Below, piece by piece: positions 1 through 9,501 of a stretch of DNA of 64,000 nucleotides. The stretch is from NCBI GenBank assembly GCA_965205485.1, contig OZ242180.1:2592001-2656000 (forward strand), written 5' to 3'. Numbering within the stretch: position 1 is the stretch's first letter; the number at the start of each line of letters is the position of its first letter. The notes beneath the pieces were generated by a model. That model worked only from the letters and a program-made list of their open reading frames with translations. It made no database searches and had not been told where the DNA came from. Made by a program: the position numbers and the translations under genes. The stretch comes from Candidatus Latescibacterota bacterium. GTDB lineage: Bacteria > Latescibacterota > UBA2968 > GCA-2709665.

Positions 1-547
1 CGAACTGGCCCTGCAGGTGCAGCGGCACAACACGAAACGGCTGCAGGCGTATTCGCAGAAGCTCGCGGTGGAAGATTACTCCGGTGAGGGTCTGAAGCTG
101 AGCGATCTGTTCGTGGCGCGTCAGGTGACGGCCGTGATGCCCGGGTCCGACCCGAAGTTCGTCCGCGGCAAGTGGAACGTCACACCGCTGCCTTCGCATG
201 TCTTCGACGCGGGGCAGCACGTGTTTGTCTTCTTCGAAATCTATAATCTCACGCCGGATGAATTCGGGGCGACGCGTTACGAGGTGGTTTATGAGGTTTA
301 CAGCACCGATGAGAGGGGCACCAGCCTCTCACGCCTCTCGACAAGAGTCCTGGGGCGGTCGGAATCGGCTGTGACCGTACGTTACGAACAGACCGGGTCC
401 GAGGCGTCGGTATCGGACTACGTGGCGCTGGACATCGGAGAGACCGCCGCCGGGCGCCGCAGGGTCCGCATGACCGTAAAGGACATGAACAGCGGACAGC
501 GGACCACCAAGGAAGGCCGCTTCTGGGTCAGGGAAGCAACGCAATAA
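1..547 (+). CDS. C-terminal part of a probable GWxTD-domain protein (runs off the left edge)
   Basis: ORF with 'LKLSDL...PLPSHVF..GQHVFVFFEIYNL.PDEFG.TRYEV.Y', resembling the Ig-like C-terminus of GWxTD proteins; the GWxTD motif itself is not in the window. Confidence 0.5.
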   Translation, partial: ELALQVQRHNTKRLQAYSQKLAVEDYSGEGLKLSDLFVARQVTAVMPGSDPKFVRGKWNVTPLPSHVFDAGQHVFVFFEIYNLTPDEFGATRYEVVYEVYSTDERGTSLSRLSTRVLGRSESAVTVRYEQTGSEASVSDYVALDIGETAAGRRRVRMTVKDMNSGQRTTKEGRFWVREATQ

Positions 548-616
548 TCGGAAATGATGTCCGGGGTGGGGGACCCGGGGGAGATCGTCTCCGATCAGAA
601 GGAGGAAGACCGCGAG

Positions 617-1492
617 ATGGCCGACGATGTGATGGAAATGCTCGGCGAGGACGTCGTCCTGTGCGACGGCGGCATGATTCTGGAAGCCAGGTGGCGCGGG
701 TACGACACGCCGGCGGCGATCGTGGAACATCCGGACGCCATCCGGCAGATCCACCGGGATTTCCTGAACGCCGGCTCCCAGGTGCTTGAAGCGGTGACCT
801 GGTTTACGTCACGGTCCCAGTTGGATCGTCATTTCGGATGGGGCGGCCGGCTGGACGAGGTGAACCGGATGGGCGTGCAGCTTGCGAAAGAGGCGTCCTC
901 CGGGACGGCGCCGGTGGGCGGATGCCTGGTCTCCACGCGGACCGGGTCCTGGGAGGGCGATCCGATATTCGATCCGCAAGACCCCTCTTCCAGGGACCGG
1001 GCAAAGGCGGAGTGGGACGAACAGATCGCGATTCTGGTGGACGCGGGAGCGGATTTTCTCATTCCGGAGACGTTTCATCGCCTCGACGAGGTGCTGGTCT
1101 GCCTGGAGTGCTGCAAGAAGACGAGCGTTCCGACCATGGTATTCCTGGGTATGAGCCGGACGACGGAAGACGGCGCCACCGCTGCCGAGTGCGCCCGTGT
1201 ACTGGCCGGAGAGGGTGCCGACGTGGTGGGTCTGGTATGCAACGGAGCGCCCGAGGGGATGTTGAATCTCGTCACCGAGATGCGTCAGGCGGTGGATGTG
1301 CCCGTCGCGTGGCAACCCAATGGGTTCGGTCCGGGCGGAAAGGACACCCGTGTACCCCTGGACGTGATGGCCGGCTGCGCGGCAAAGGCGAAGGCGGAAG
1401 GGATCAATCTCATCGGTGCATGCTGTGGGGCGGGCCCGAACGTGATCAGGGCGATGGCGCGGGCGCTGGGACGCGGCCCCGAAGCCGCCTGA
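617..1492 (+). CDS. Homocysteine S-methyltransferase family protein (paralog 1)
   Basis: LCDGGM, IH.DFL.AG, PETF, GLVC and GACCG Zn-ligand motifs; GGAGG upstream of ATG 617. Confidence 0.9.
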   Translation: MADDVMEMLGEDVVLCDGGMILEARWRGYDTPAAIVEHPDAIRQIHRDFLNAGSQVLEAVTWFTSRSQLDRHFGWGGRLDEVNRMGVQLAKEASSGTAPVGGCLVSTRTGSWEGDPIFDPQDPSSRDRAKAEWDEQIAILVDAGADFLIPETFHRLDEVLVCLECCKKTSVPTMVFLGMSRTTEDGATAAECARVLAGEGADVVGLVCNGAPEGMLNLVTEMRQAVDVPVAWQPNGFGPGGKDTRVPLDVMAGCAAKAKAEGINLIGACCGAGPNVIRAMARALGRGPEAA

Positions 1493-1598
1493 ACCGGCCT
1501 TTCCGAATTGCCTCCTGTCGTTGACGGATGGCCGCCATGGACAATAAACGCATGTCGAACTCGTGTACGCCGGCCGTGCAGGCAGCGTGGAGTGTACA

Positions 1599-2309
1599 AT
1601 GCCACAACAGCTGCCTCCCAGACCCTGGATTACCGAAACGACCATCCGGACCAGGCGACCCGAAGCGGACTTGAAGGCGCAGTACCGGAAGGTCTTCCCC
1701 CTGTGCGTCGGGATCTCGCTCGCCCTGCACGCGGCCGTTGCGTTTACGTTCCCGGCCTTCCGGCTCCGCACGCCAATCCCCGCAAGACATCCGATTCTCA
1801 TTCAGGCAACTGACGTGCCGGAGACCCGTCAGGGCATGCGGCTTCCGGCTCTCGTACGGCCGACGGTCCCTCTCGAAACCGACAGCCGCGATCTGCTTCC
1901 TGAGGAGTTGACGGTCGCCGCCTCCGCCGAACTCGATTTCGACGCTGTGTCCATACGCCTCTCCGCGCCCCCGGACTCCGCGGTATCGGCACCTTTCAAG
2001 GACGAGGAGGTGGATGGGGAAGTCGTCCTCCCCGCACGCCTCGTGGAAAGGAAGCCGCGGCTCCTCGAACAGGTGGAGCCGGCGTATCCGGAGGAAGCGC
2101 GGCGGGCCGGCCTGGAAGGCGTGGTCCTGATGGAATTCACCGTGGGAAAGGACGGGCGGGTCAAGGACAGCGCTGTTCTCAAGGGGCACGAGTTGTTTCA
2201 CCAGGCTTCGCTCGATGCCCTCTCAGTTTTCCGATATCTTCCCGGGTACCAGAACCGGGAGGCCGTTGAAGTGCGTATGTATATCTACATCCGGTTTCAA
2301 CTCGACTGA
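1599..2309 (+). CDS. TonB family energy transducer
   Basis: N-terminal TM with SLALH motif; C-terminal PAYPEEARRAGLEGVVLMEFTVGKDGRV TonB_C motif. Confidence 0.9.
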   Translation: MPQQLPPRPWITETTIRTRRPEADLKAQYRKVFPLCVGISLALHAAVAFTFPAFRLRTPIPARHPILIQATDVPETRQGMRLPALVRPTVPLETDSRDLLPEELTVAASAELDFDAVSIRLSAPPDSAVSAPFKDEEVDGEVVLPARLVERKPRLLEQVEPAYPEEARRAGLEGVVLMEFTVGKDGRVKDSAVLKGHELFHQASLDALSVFRYLPGYQNREAVEVRMYIYIRFQLD

Positions 2310-2328
2310 AGTATGTGGAGGGGCGTAC

Positions 2329-3525
2329 ATGGACGAAATTCGCATTGGGATCGCGGGACTCGGCAACCGCGGCCTGCACTGGATCCGGCTGCTGCAGAGT
2401 ATTCCGGGCTTTCGCATCACGGCCGTCTACGACTGGATCGAACCGCTTCAGGAGCGGGCCCTCGCCGGGATTTCCTATCGAAACGAGGTGGCGGCGTTCA
2501 GCGACTACGAGGATTTCCTCGCATACGATCGCATGGACGCGGTGGGCCTTGTGGTGAGGCAGGGCGAGGTCGGGCGCATGGCGGCGGAGGCCCTGGAAGC
2601 GGGCAAGCACGTGAACAGCGAGGTGCCGGGTGCGTACAGGATGGAGGAGTGCTGGCGCATCGTAACGAACGTGGAACGGACGGGGCTGGTCTACAGCCTG
2701 GCGGAACAGACGCGGTTCTGGGGGTTCGTGGACGGATGGAAACGCCTCGTGGACGATGGACGCCTGGGCAGGATCACCTATGCGGAAGGTCAGTACGTGG
2801 GGTATTACGGCACACACCAGTTCTTTCAGGACTACAGCACCGGGAAACAATATTCAATTGAGGAGTTGCCCGACCATCCCGAGGCCAGCCCCACGTTTCC
2901 CCACGAAACCCCGCCGATTATCGCTTCCTCCTACGATCTGAGCATTCTGTTGAAGATCCTGGACGATCGGGTGACGGAAGTCACGGCGATGAGCACGAAG
3001 CGGCCCAGCTATGCGCATCCTCAGATTCGAAAGCCGGATATCCAGGTGGCGCTGATGAAGACCGAAAAGGATACGCTGATTCGAATGCTGGACGGGCACA
3101 CGCAGCCTCGCCCGCACGGAGACCACCACTGGTGGCAGATGATTGGCACGAAGGGCAGCCTGGAGTGGCGGCGGTCGCGCCGCGAGAGGCCGAAAGTCTG
3201 GTTCGCGGACGCGCAGATGAACGACTGGACGGACGTGGATTGGGGCTTCGAACGTACCGACGCGCCGCCGGAGGCGCGAGGCAGCGGCCACGGCGACGCG
3301 GATTCCTACGTGCATATGCACTTTCGCGACGCGGTCCTCGAGGGGAAGCCGCTGGATTTCGACGTGTACAGGGCCATGGATACGGTTGCCGCGGCGGTTC
3401 GGGCCATTGACTCGATCGAGGAAGGGAGCCGGTTGATGCGGGTTCCCGATTTTCGCCCGAACCGGGACCGGGCGGCTGGCGAACTTCCGGCGGATCCTGG
3501 CGGCGTGGGGTTGCGCGGAGAGTGA
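2329..3525 (+). CDS. Gfo/Idh/MocA family NAD-dependent oxidoreductase, GH109-like (copy 1)
   Basis: GIAGLGNRG Rossmann motif, GKHVNSEVP, C-terminal GSGHGDAD; GGAGG RBS. Confidence 0.85.
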   Translation: MDEIRIGIAGLGNRGLHWIRLLQSIPGFRITAVYDWIEPLQERALAGISYRNEVAAFSDYEDFLAYDRMDAVGLVVRQGEVGRMAAEALEAGKHVNSEVPGAYRMEECWRIVTNVERTGLVYSLAEQTRFWGFVDGWKRLVDDGRLGRITYAEGQYVGYYGTHQFFQDYSTGKQYSIEELPDHPEASPTFPHETPPIIASSYDLSILLKILDDRVTEVTAMSTKRPSYAHPQIRKPDIQVALMKTEKDTLIRMLDGHTQPRPHGDHHWWQMIGTKGSLEWRRSRRERPKVWFADAQMNDWTDVDWGFERTDAPPEARGSGHGDADSYVHMHFRDAVLEGKPLDFDVYRAMDTVAAAVRAIDSIEEGSRLMRVPDFRPNRDRAAGELPADPGGVGLRGE

Positions 3526-3528
3526 TCC

Positions 3529-5532
3529 ATGGCCAACGCCGGAACGGCGGAAGCGCGGCAACAGCATCCCGTGCGAAAAGGCGTAACGACGCGCGCCGTC
3601 GTGTTCGGGCTCGGGCTTTCCGTAGCCGTCAATCTGCTCGCCAATACGATGCGTTACGTTCAGCACGGATCGTACATGGCCATCAGCATGATCCCGATGG
3701 GCGACCTTCTTCTCTTTCTGGTGTCCATCCTGATCTGCGCGGCGCTTGCCCGGTGGTTCGGCCGCCGGTTCGTGCTGGCGCCCGCGGAATGGATCACGAT
3801 TTTCGGCATGGGCCTGATCAGCGCGATGGGCCCCACCTATGGGATCAGCGGGTATCTGGTGAGCCAGATGGTGGCTCCCTACTACTTCGCCACGCCAGAG
3901 AACCGGTGGTCGGAGTTTCTGCACCCGCATCTTCCAGGCTGGCTGATCTCAACGGACGAACAGCGGTCCATCACCCTGTTTTTCGAAGGGCTCCCGAACG
4001 GGATGTCCATTCCCTGGCACGACTGGTGGGGGCCGTTGCTGTGGTGGTTCGTATTTGTCGCCGTCCTGGGTTTCGCCTGCGTCTGCGTGTCGGTGATTCT
4101 GCATCGCCAGTGGGCGGACCACGAAAAACTGGTCTATCCCGCGCTGACGCCGGTCCTGGAAATGGCGAACCGGAGCGGGACCGGGGCGCGCGTCCTTCCG
4201 GAATTCATGAAGGGAAAGGCGTTCTGGGCGGGGTTCGGACTCACGTCCGGGGTCTTCTGGCTGAATATGGTGCACTGGTTCTATCCCGCCTTTCCGAAGG
4301 TAATGAACACCCGCATGAGCTATGTGTGGGATCTCCTGCCCAAACAGTATCCCCCGTTCTGCGTCTATGTGAGCATCTTCGTCATCTGTTTTTCCTATTT
4401 CGCCAACCTGGAAGTACTCTTCAGCATCTGGTTCTTCGACATTCTCTATATGATCGAAGCCGGCATCCTGAATCGACTTGGTGTAGTGGCGACGTCCCCG
4501 CACTACGGTTCCGGCCCGTATAATCTCACGAGCTACAAATTTCAGACGGCGGGCGCCTTCGCGGCGCTGGTGATCTGGTGGCTCTGGATCTCCCGGGGGC
4601 ACCTGCGCGAAGTCTTCCGGAAGGCGTTACGTCCGGGCGGTTCAGCCCTGGACGACAGCAGGGAGTGGATATCCTATCGCGCGGCCGTTGTCGGGCTGGT
4701 CGTCTGCAACGTTTACATTGTGGCCTGGCTCGCTCGGATCGGCGTCGAGCCGGGAATGATCCTGGTATTGACGCCGGCCATGTTCATCGCGTACGTGGGT
4801 GTGGCGAAGGTGGTCGCCGACTCTGGGCTGGTGTACGTGGATCCCCCCGCGGTAGCCTGGGACTACGCGCTGTTTGCGCTGGGCGGTGCGCACAGGCTGA
4901 CCCCGTCGACGAACGCCGCCTCCAGCTTGCTGCCGTTCACGGTCAACCACCCCAGGAGTTTCGCGTTGCCTATGATCGCGCAGGTGAACCGCCTGGGAGA
5001 TTTCATACCCGAAGGCAAGCGGCGCTTTTTCTGGGGAATGTTCGGGGCGTTCATGGTCGGTATGGTGGTGTCGACGCTCCATACGGTCTGGCTGGCCTAC
5101 ACCATGGGCGGGTACAATTTTCAGCCGAACTGGCTGATTCTTCACGAGGGTGAATGGCACTACGGCCTGGCGGTGGATGCGCTGCGCAACCCCCGGCCGA
5201 TCCTGGCCGTGGAATACTGGCTGTTCCTCGCGGGAGTCGTTATCATGACGGCCCTGAACGTCATGCGATACCGGCTGCCCAGGTGGCGGCTGCACCCGGT
5301 GGGGTTCGCGCTTTCGGGCACGATATTCGCCAGGCTGGAAAGCCTGACGCTTCTGGTCGCGTGGCTGATCAAGTTCCTCATGCTCAGGATTGGCGGCACG
5401 GCGTTCTACCGGCGATCGCTGCCCTTTTTCATCGGGATTCTGACGGCATACATCATTGCGGTAATCGCGGGCACGGTCGTGGACGCCATCTGGTTTCCGA
5501 ATTCGGGTCACAGGGTTCACAGTTGGCATTGA
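3529..5532 (+). CDS. Large polytopic membrane protein (DUF6785/DUF6784-like, putative transporter), copy 1
   Basis: 667 aa, many hydrophobic segments, motifs YYFATPENRW, RQWADHEKLVYP, LHPVGF, PFFIG. Confidence 0.7.
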   Translation: MANAGTAEARQQHPVRKGVTTRAVVFGLGLSVAVNLLANTMRYVQHGSYMAISMIPMGDLLLFLVSILICAALARWFGRRFVLAPAEWITIFGMGLISAMGPTYGISGYLVSQMVAPYYFATPENRWSEFLHPHLPGWLISTDEQRSITLFFEGLPNGMSIPWHDWWGPLLWWFVFVAVLGFACVCVSVILHRQWADHEKLVYPALTPVLEMANRSGTGARVLPEFMKGKAFWAGFGLTSGVFWLNMVHWFYPAFPKVMNTRMSYVWDLLPKQYPPFCVYVSIFVICFSYFANLEVLFSIWFFDILYMIEAGILNRLGVVATSPHYGSGPYNLTSYKFQTAGAFAALVIWWLWISRGHLREVFRKALRPGGSALDDSREWISYRAAVVGLVVCNVYIVAWLARIGVEPGMILVLTPAMFIAYVGVAKVVADSGLVYVDPPAVAWDYALFALGGAHRLTPSTNAASSLLPFTVNHPRSFALPMIAQVNRLGDFIPEGKRRFFWGMFGAFMVGMVVSTLHTVWLAYTMGGYNFQPNWLILHEGEWHYGLAVDALRNPRPILAVEYWLFLAGVVIMTALNVMRYRLPRWRLHPVGFALSGTIFARLESLTLLVAWLIKFLMLRIGGTAFYRRSLPFFIGILTAYIIAVIAGTVVDAIWFPNSGHRVHSWH

Positions 5533-5565
5533 TGGACCTCTCCGCCCGACCCTTCACCGGGCTGT

Positions 5566-5786
5566 CAGCGATCAGCCGTCAGCTGTCAGCGTGAACCGGT
5601 CATCGATACGGATTGGCAATGACAACCGGCGATAACCACGCCTGCGTGGGAATTTGTAGGGGCGACCGGCCGGTCGCCCGTCGTTCTGCACGCAAAATCG
5701 GCCTCACACGGAGACACGAAGACACGAAGACACAAAGGGAAAGACAGAAACCAGCTGTCAGCTCTCAGCCGTCAGCTAACAGCCAT
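5566..5786. repeat. Short-period tandem repeat tracts (TCAGCNN heptamers; GACACGAA octamers)
   Basis: tcagcga-tcagccg-tcagctg-tcagc near 5565-5590 and 5750-5785; gacacgaa repeats near 5713-5736. Confidence 0.7.
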
Positions 5787-5868
5787 AAGCGGTTCATGTA
5801 AAAGACTATTGTCAGGAGTCAAAGATATCCACGCCGCCACGTGGGCAACCACAAGGGTTACCCCTACA
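5656..5868. repeat. Inverted pair of GTAG-type REP hairpins
   Basis: GTAGGGGCGACCGGCCGGTCGCCC at 5656-5679 (+) and GTAGGGGTAACCCTTGTGGTTGCCC at 5843-5867 (-); partial copy near 16818-16836. Confidence 0.7.
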
Positions 5869-6059
5869 GATCCAATTACGGCGCGTCCGGTCCGGGGGTT
5901 GGGGGTTTTTCCGTGTTAATCCGTCCAGCACGTTTGCACTGGTACCGGTGATAGGTTCGTAGGCCACACACGTCACAATTTCGCCACTGAGGGGGTTCAC
6001 GGAAAAACCGGCCCCCCGCCGAGGGGCGCGCTTCTTTTTGGTCCTTTTTCTTCCGCGCA

Positions 6060-7358
6060 TGTACGGACCGGGTACATGGGTAACAGGTGTTCGGGTACAT
6101 AGGTAACACTTTTTGATGTGTTGTGCAGCAATTTATGTGTCATCATATTCCCGAAGGTCGAACGCACCGACGCGGTGGTTACAGAAGAAGACGTCGACGC
6201 ATCCATCTTTGGTTGTAGGCCGTACCGCTACGTGCAGGCCCCTCAGGGCGTTGCTGACACGAAGGCTGTGTCCTTGATAGCGGAAGTAGCCGTTCGCGCC
6301 CACCTTCCGCACGTGGTCGCCAGGGCCGTATTCGATCGGCGGCAACGCATCAGGGAACGCACGGTGAGAGGGTTCATAGCGGGTGGAGGGCACCTCGAGG
6401 TCCAGCGCTTCGTGGGGACGCTCGAAGTTGTAGACGTCGCGCCAGTGGTCGAACGCGTCCTGGCACTGGGGCAACGTGGACCAGGCGCGATAGGCGATCA
6501 CCTCCGCGTTCAACGTGCGGTGAAAGCGTTCCTCCTTGCCCTGGGTCTGCGGGTGATACGGACGACAGCGTGTCAGGCGGATGCCCAGGCGGATCAGCCA
6601 GATCGAGATACGCGAGACGGTACCGCCTTTTGTACCCCACCACGGCGCGCCATTGTCGCTCAGGATCTTGTCGGGCAGCCCATAGGTCCTGAAGATCTGT
6701 GTGAGGGCGGGTTGAACCGTGTCGCCTCTCTGATTGGGGCAGGCCACCAACCCCACGGAGAACCGCGAGTGGTCATCCAGCACCGTCAGCGGATGGCAGG
6801 CCCCGCGCCGCAACGGGAAGTGCCCCTTGAAGTCCATCTGCCACAGCGCATTCGGTACGGGATGCTCAAAGCGCTGCCACGGTTGACGCTCTGGACACGG
6901 TTCCGGAGATAGCCGGCCGCGGCGACGCAGGATCTGTGTAATGGTGCTTAACGCCGGCACCTCCCGTTCTCCCAGATCCTTCAACCGTCGCGACAGCTTG
7001 CGAGCACCCCACGCCGGGTGTTTATCTCGCAGTGCGATGATTTTATCTTCGACCGCTTTCGACGTGCGGTGCGGAATCGTTCCAGGACACCTGCTGCGGT
7101 CCTCGAAGTCACAACACGCGTCCTGTTTATAGCGGGACAGCCACTTGTATCCCGTCTTGCGGCTGATGCCATACCGTTCACACAACCTGCTGACATTGGC
7201 GCCTTCACGATGGGCGAAATCAACGAACTCTGATCGAGCAGACACTGCGGACACCTCGGGCCAGGCATTGTAGACCTCCTTTCTACAGGTCTACAATAAC
7301 ACTTTCAACTGTCACCCATGTGCCCGAACATGTGTTACCTATCTGCCCGGTCTATACA
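6060..7358 (-). mobile_element. IS481 family insertion sequence
   Basis: TGT...ACA ends, ~50-bp imperfect terminal IRs (tgtacggaccgggtacatgggtaaca / tgtatagaccgggcagataggtaaca), 6-bp direct repeat CGCGCA at 6054-6059 and 7359-7364. Confidence 0.95.
6133..7254 (-). CDS. IS481 family DDE transposase (natural start at 7268 appears frameshifted)
   Basis: GISRKTGYKW HTH; WQMDFKG, LSDNG and GKEERFHRT integrase-core DDE motifs. Confidence 0.92.
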   Translation of the reverse strand: MSAVSARSEFVDFAHREGANVSRLCERYGISRKTGYKWLSRYKQDACCDFEDRSRCPGTIPHRTSKAVEDKIIALRDKHPAWGARKLSRRLKDLGEREVPALSTITQILRRRGRLSPEPCPERQPWQRFEHPVPNALWQMDFKGHFPLRRGACHPLTVLDDHSRFSVGLVACPNQRGDTVQPALTQIFRTYGLPDKILSDNGAPWWGTKGGTVSRISIWLIRLGIRLTRCRPYHPQTQGKEERFHRTLNAEVIAYRAWSTLPQCQDAFDHWRDVYNFERPHEALDLEVPSTRYEPSHRAFPDALPPIEYGPGDHVRKVGANGYFRYQGHSLRVSNALRGLHVAVRPTTKDGCVDVFFCNHRVGAFDLREYDDT

Positions 7359-7521
7359 CGCGCATAAGAAAAAGGACGACGAAGAAAGAAGACAGAATTG
7401 AGAGGTAAGGCCTGTCTCTTGCAGGAGAGCAACTCTTGAGTGGATTGTCCGCATTTCGGAACTGAAATTAGCCACCTGTGAAGATTGTACCGAGTTGAGA
7501 CTAAAAGAGAGGAGGCTACTT

Positions 7522-8457
7522 ATGCCAGAGTCCATATTAAAGGCGCTTGAGAAAGGATTCGTGCTGGCCGACGGTGGAAACGTGGAGGAGTTGCGCCTCC
7601 GGGGATATTCGGCGCAGTCGGCGCTCGAGCACTACCCGGATGCCGCGCGCCTGGTTCACCAGGATTTCTTCCGGGCCGGGGCCGGCGTTATCAGAGCCCT
7701 GACGGGTCGGTGTACCCAAACCGGGCTCGGCGCAGGGGAGAACGGAAGTGCGGCCGACCGGGTCGACGAGATGAACCGTACGGCCGTTGCGCTGGCGAAG
7801 GGCGCGGCAGGAGGGGAGGCGCTCGTGGCCGGAACACTGGCGCCAACGGGGGCTTTTCAGGCTGATGACGCGGGTTCCGCGGACCGCGCCCGTGCGGAGT
7901 GGGAGGAACAGGCCGGCATATTGGCAGACGCGGGCGTGGATCTGCTCGTCTGCGAGTCATTCGCCCGGCTCGACGAGGCGCAACTGGCGCTGGCGTGCTG
8001 CAAGGGCAGCGGGTTGCCGGTTGTGGTGTCGGTGGACGTCGCATTGCCCGAGGGCAGATTGAATCAACCGGCGCTTCGCGAGGATGAAGTGACCGCCGAC
8101 GGCGTCGCGCCTGCCGAGTGCGCGCGCATTCTGGCGGACGACGGCGCAGACGTCGTGGGCGCGGGCGGCCTGCGGGAACCGGAGGACCTGTGGCCCGTGG
8201 TGCTGGAAATGCGGGACGCGGTGGACGCGCCCATCGCCTTTCTGCCGAATGGATATCGCACGTGCAGGGCGCACTGGGAGCACATGAGGGAAGGCATGCA
8301 CGTCTACGGAATCGAAATGGGGCAGTACGCGTTGAAGGCGGTCGCCCACGATATCCGCTTCGTAGGCGGATCGGACGGGGTGGTGATCCGGCTCCTCCGA
8401 TCGATGGCGCAGGCGCTGGACTGCGAACGGAAACACATCGAACTCCGTCCGCGATAA
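7522..8457 (+). CDS. Homocysteine S-methyltransferase family protein lacking the Zn-binding cysteines (paralog 2)
   Basis: LADGG, HQDFFRAGA, ESFARLDEA align to the paralogs, but GLVC is replaced by GAGG and GACCG by GGSDG; GGAGG RBS. Confidence 0.8.
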   Translation: MPESILKALEKGFVLADGGNVEELRLRGYSAQSALEHYPDAARLVHQDFFRAGAGVIRALTGRCTQTGLGAGENGSAADRVDEMNRTAVALAKGAAGGEALVAGTLAPTGAFQADDAGSADRARAEWEEQAGILADAGVDLLVCESFARLDEAQLALACCKGSGLPVVVSVDVALPEGRLNQPALREDEVTADGVAPAECARILADDGADVVGAGGLREPEDLWPVVLEMRDAVDAPIAFLPNGYRTCRAHWEHMREGMHVYGIEMGQYALKAVAHDIRFVGGSDGVVIRLLRSMAQALDCERKHIELRPR

Positions 8458-8538
8458 TGTGCAACGAGGAGGTTGCCGCCAGCAATCGCTGAGCTATATA
8501 TTGGAACTCGGGCATGATGCTGGTACAGGAGGGTCAGG

Positions 8539-9450
8539 ATGGACATATTGAAGATGCTGGAGGAGGGCGTCGTTCTGAGCGACGGGGGGATGATCATCGA
8601 GGCGAGGTGGCGCGGGTACGATACGCCGGCCATGATCCTGGAAGATCCTGACGCGCTGCGCCAGATCCACCAGGATTTCTTTCGGGCCGGATCCCACGTT
8701 CTTCAGGCGCAGACCTGGTGGACCAGCCGGTCGCAACTCGAACGCCGCCGTAAACCGGGCGACACGCCGAGCGGTGAAGGCGCGCGTTTGGAGGAAATCT
8801 CCCGTACGGCAATCCGGCTGGCCATCGAGGCTTCCGGCGGCGAAGCCCTGGTCGCCGGCTGCCTGAACCAGACGGCCGCGGGGTCCTGGACGGGGCCGTA
8901 CATATACCGGCCCGACAACGCCCGGGCGCGCGAGCAGGCGTGCGCGGAGTGGGACGAGCACATTTCCTGGATGGTGGACGCCGGCGCCGGGCTTCTCATT
9001 CCGGAAACGTTCGCCCGGCTGGACGAAGCCCGGCTGTGCCTGTCGCGCTGCAAGAAAACCGACGTGCCCGCGATGGTGCTGATGGGCTCGAGCAGCCGGA
9101 CGCACGACGGCGCCACGCCGGCGGAGTGCGCGAAGGTCCTGGCTGACGAGGGCGCGGATATCGTCGGCCTGGTCTGCTCCGGCGATTCGATGACCATGTG
9201 GCCGGGGGTCCTGGCGATGCGGGAGGCGGTGGATATCCCCATCGCCTATCAGCCGCAGGGGTATCGCAATGCAGGCCCCAACAATTCGGTCATTCGCGAG
9301 TCGATGATCGTCTCGGGCAGCGAGATGGCCCAATACGCGTTGAAGGCCAGGGCCGAGGGCATCAACTTCATCGGCGCGTGCTGCGGCGCGGGCCCCTCGC
9401 ACATCCGGGCGATCGCGCAGGCGCTGGGCTGCGAGCGCTATCCGGTTTGA
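8539..9450 (+). CDS. Homocysteine S-methyltransferase family protein (paralog 3)
   Basis: LSDGGM, GLVC, GACCG motifs; clearly similar to 617-1492. Confidence 0.9.
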   Translation: MDILKMLEEGVVLSDGGMIIEARWRGYDTPAMILEDPDALRQIHQDFFRAGSHVLQAQTWWTSRSQLERRRKPGDTPSGEGARLEEISRTAIRLAIEASGGEALVAGCLNQTAAGSWTGPYIYRPDNARAREQACAEWDEHISWMVDAGAGLLIPETFARLDEARLCLSRCKKTDVPAMVLMGSSSRTHDGATPAECAKVLADEGADIVGLVCSGDSMTMWPGVLAMREAVDIPIAYQPQGYRNAGPNNSVIRESMIVSGSEMAQYALKARAEGINFIGACCGAGPSHIRAIAQALGCERYPV

Positions 9451-9501
9451 CGCGGTTGTCGGAACGGCGCGCCATCGTAGGGCGCCGGCCTGCCGGTGCG
9501 C

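Noticed and set aside
5560..5790. CRISPR array
   Set aside because: Repeat units are 7-8 nt without unique spacers, and no cas genes are present
5880..6030. Cobalamin riboswitch (GCCACTG present; methyltransferase genes nearby)
   Set aside because: The other conserved elements (GGGAA...GGTG.AA.TCC, GCCCCCGC.ACTGT) are not evident
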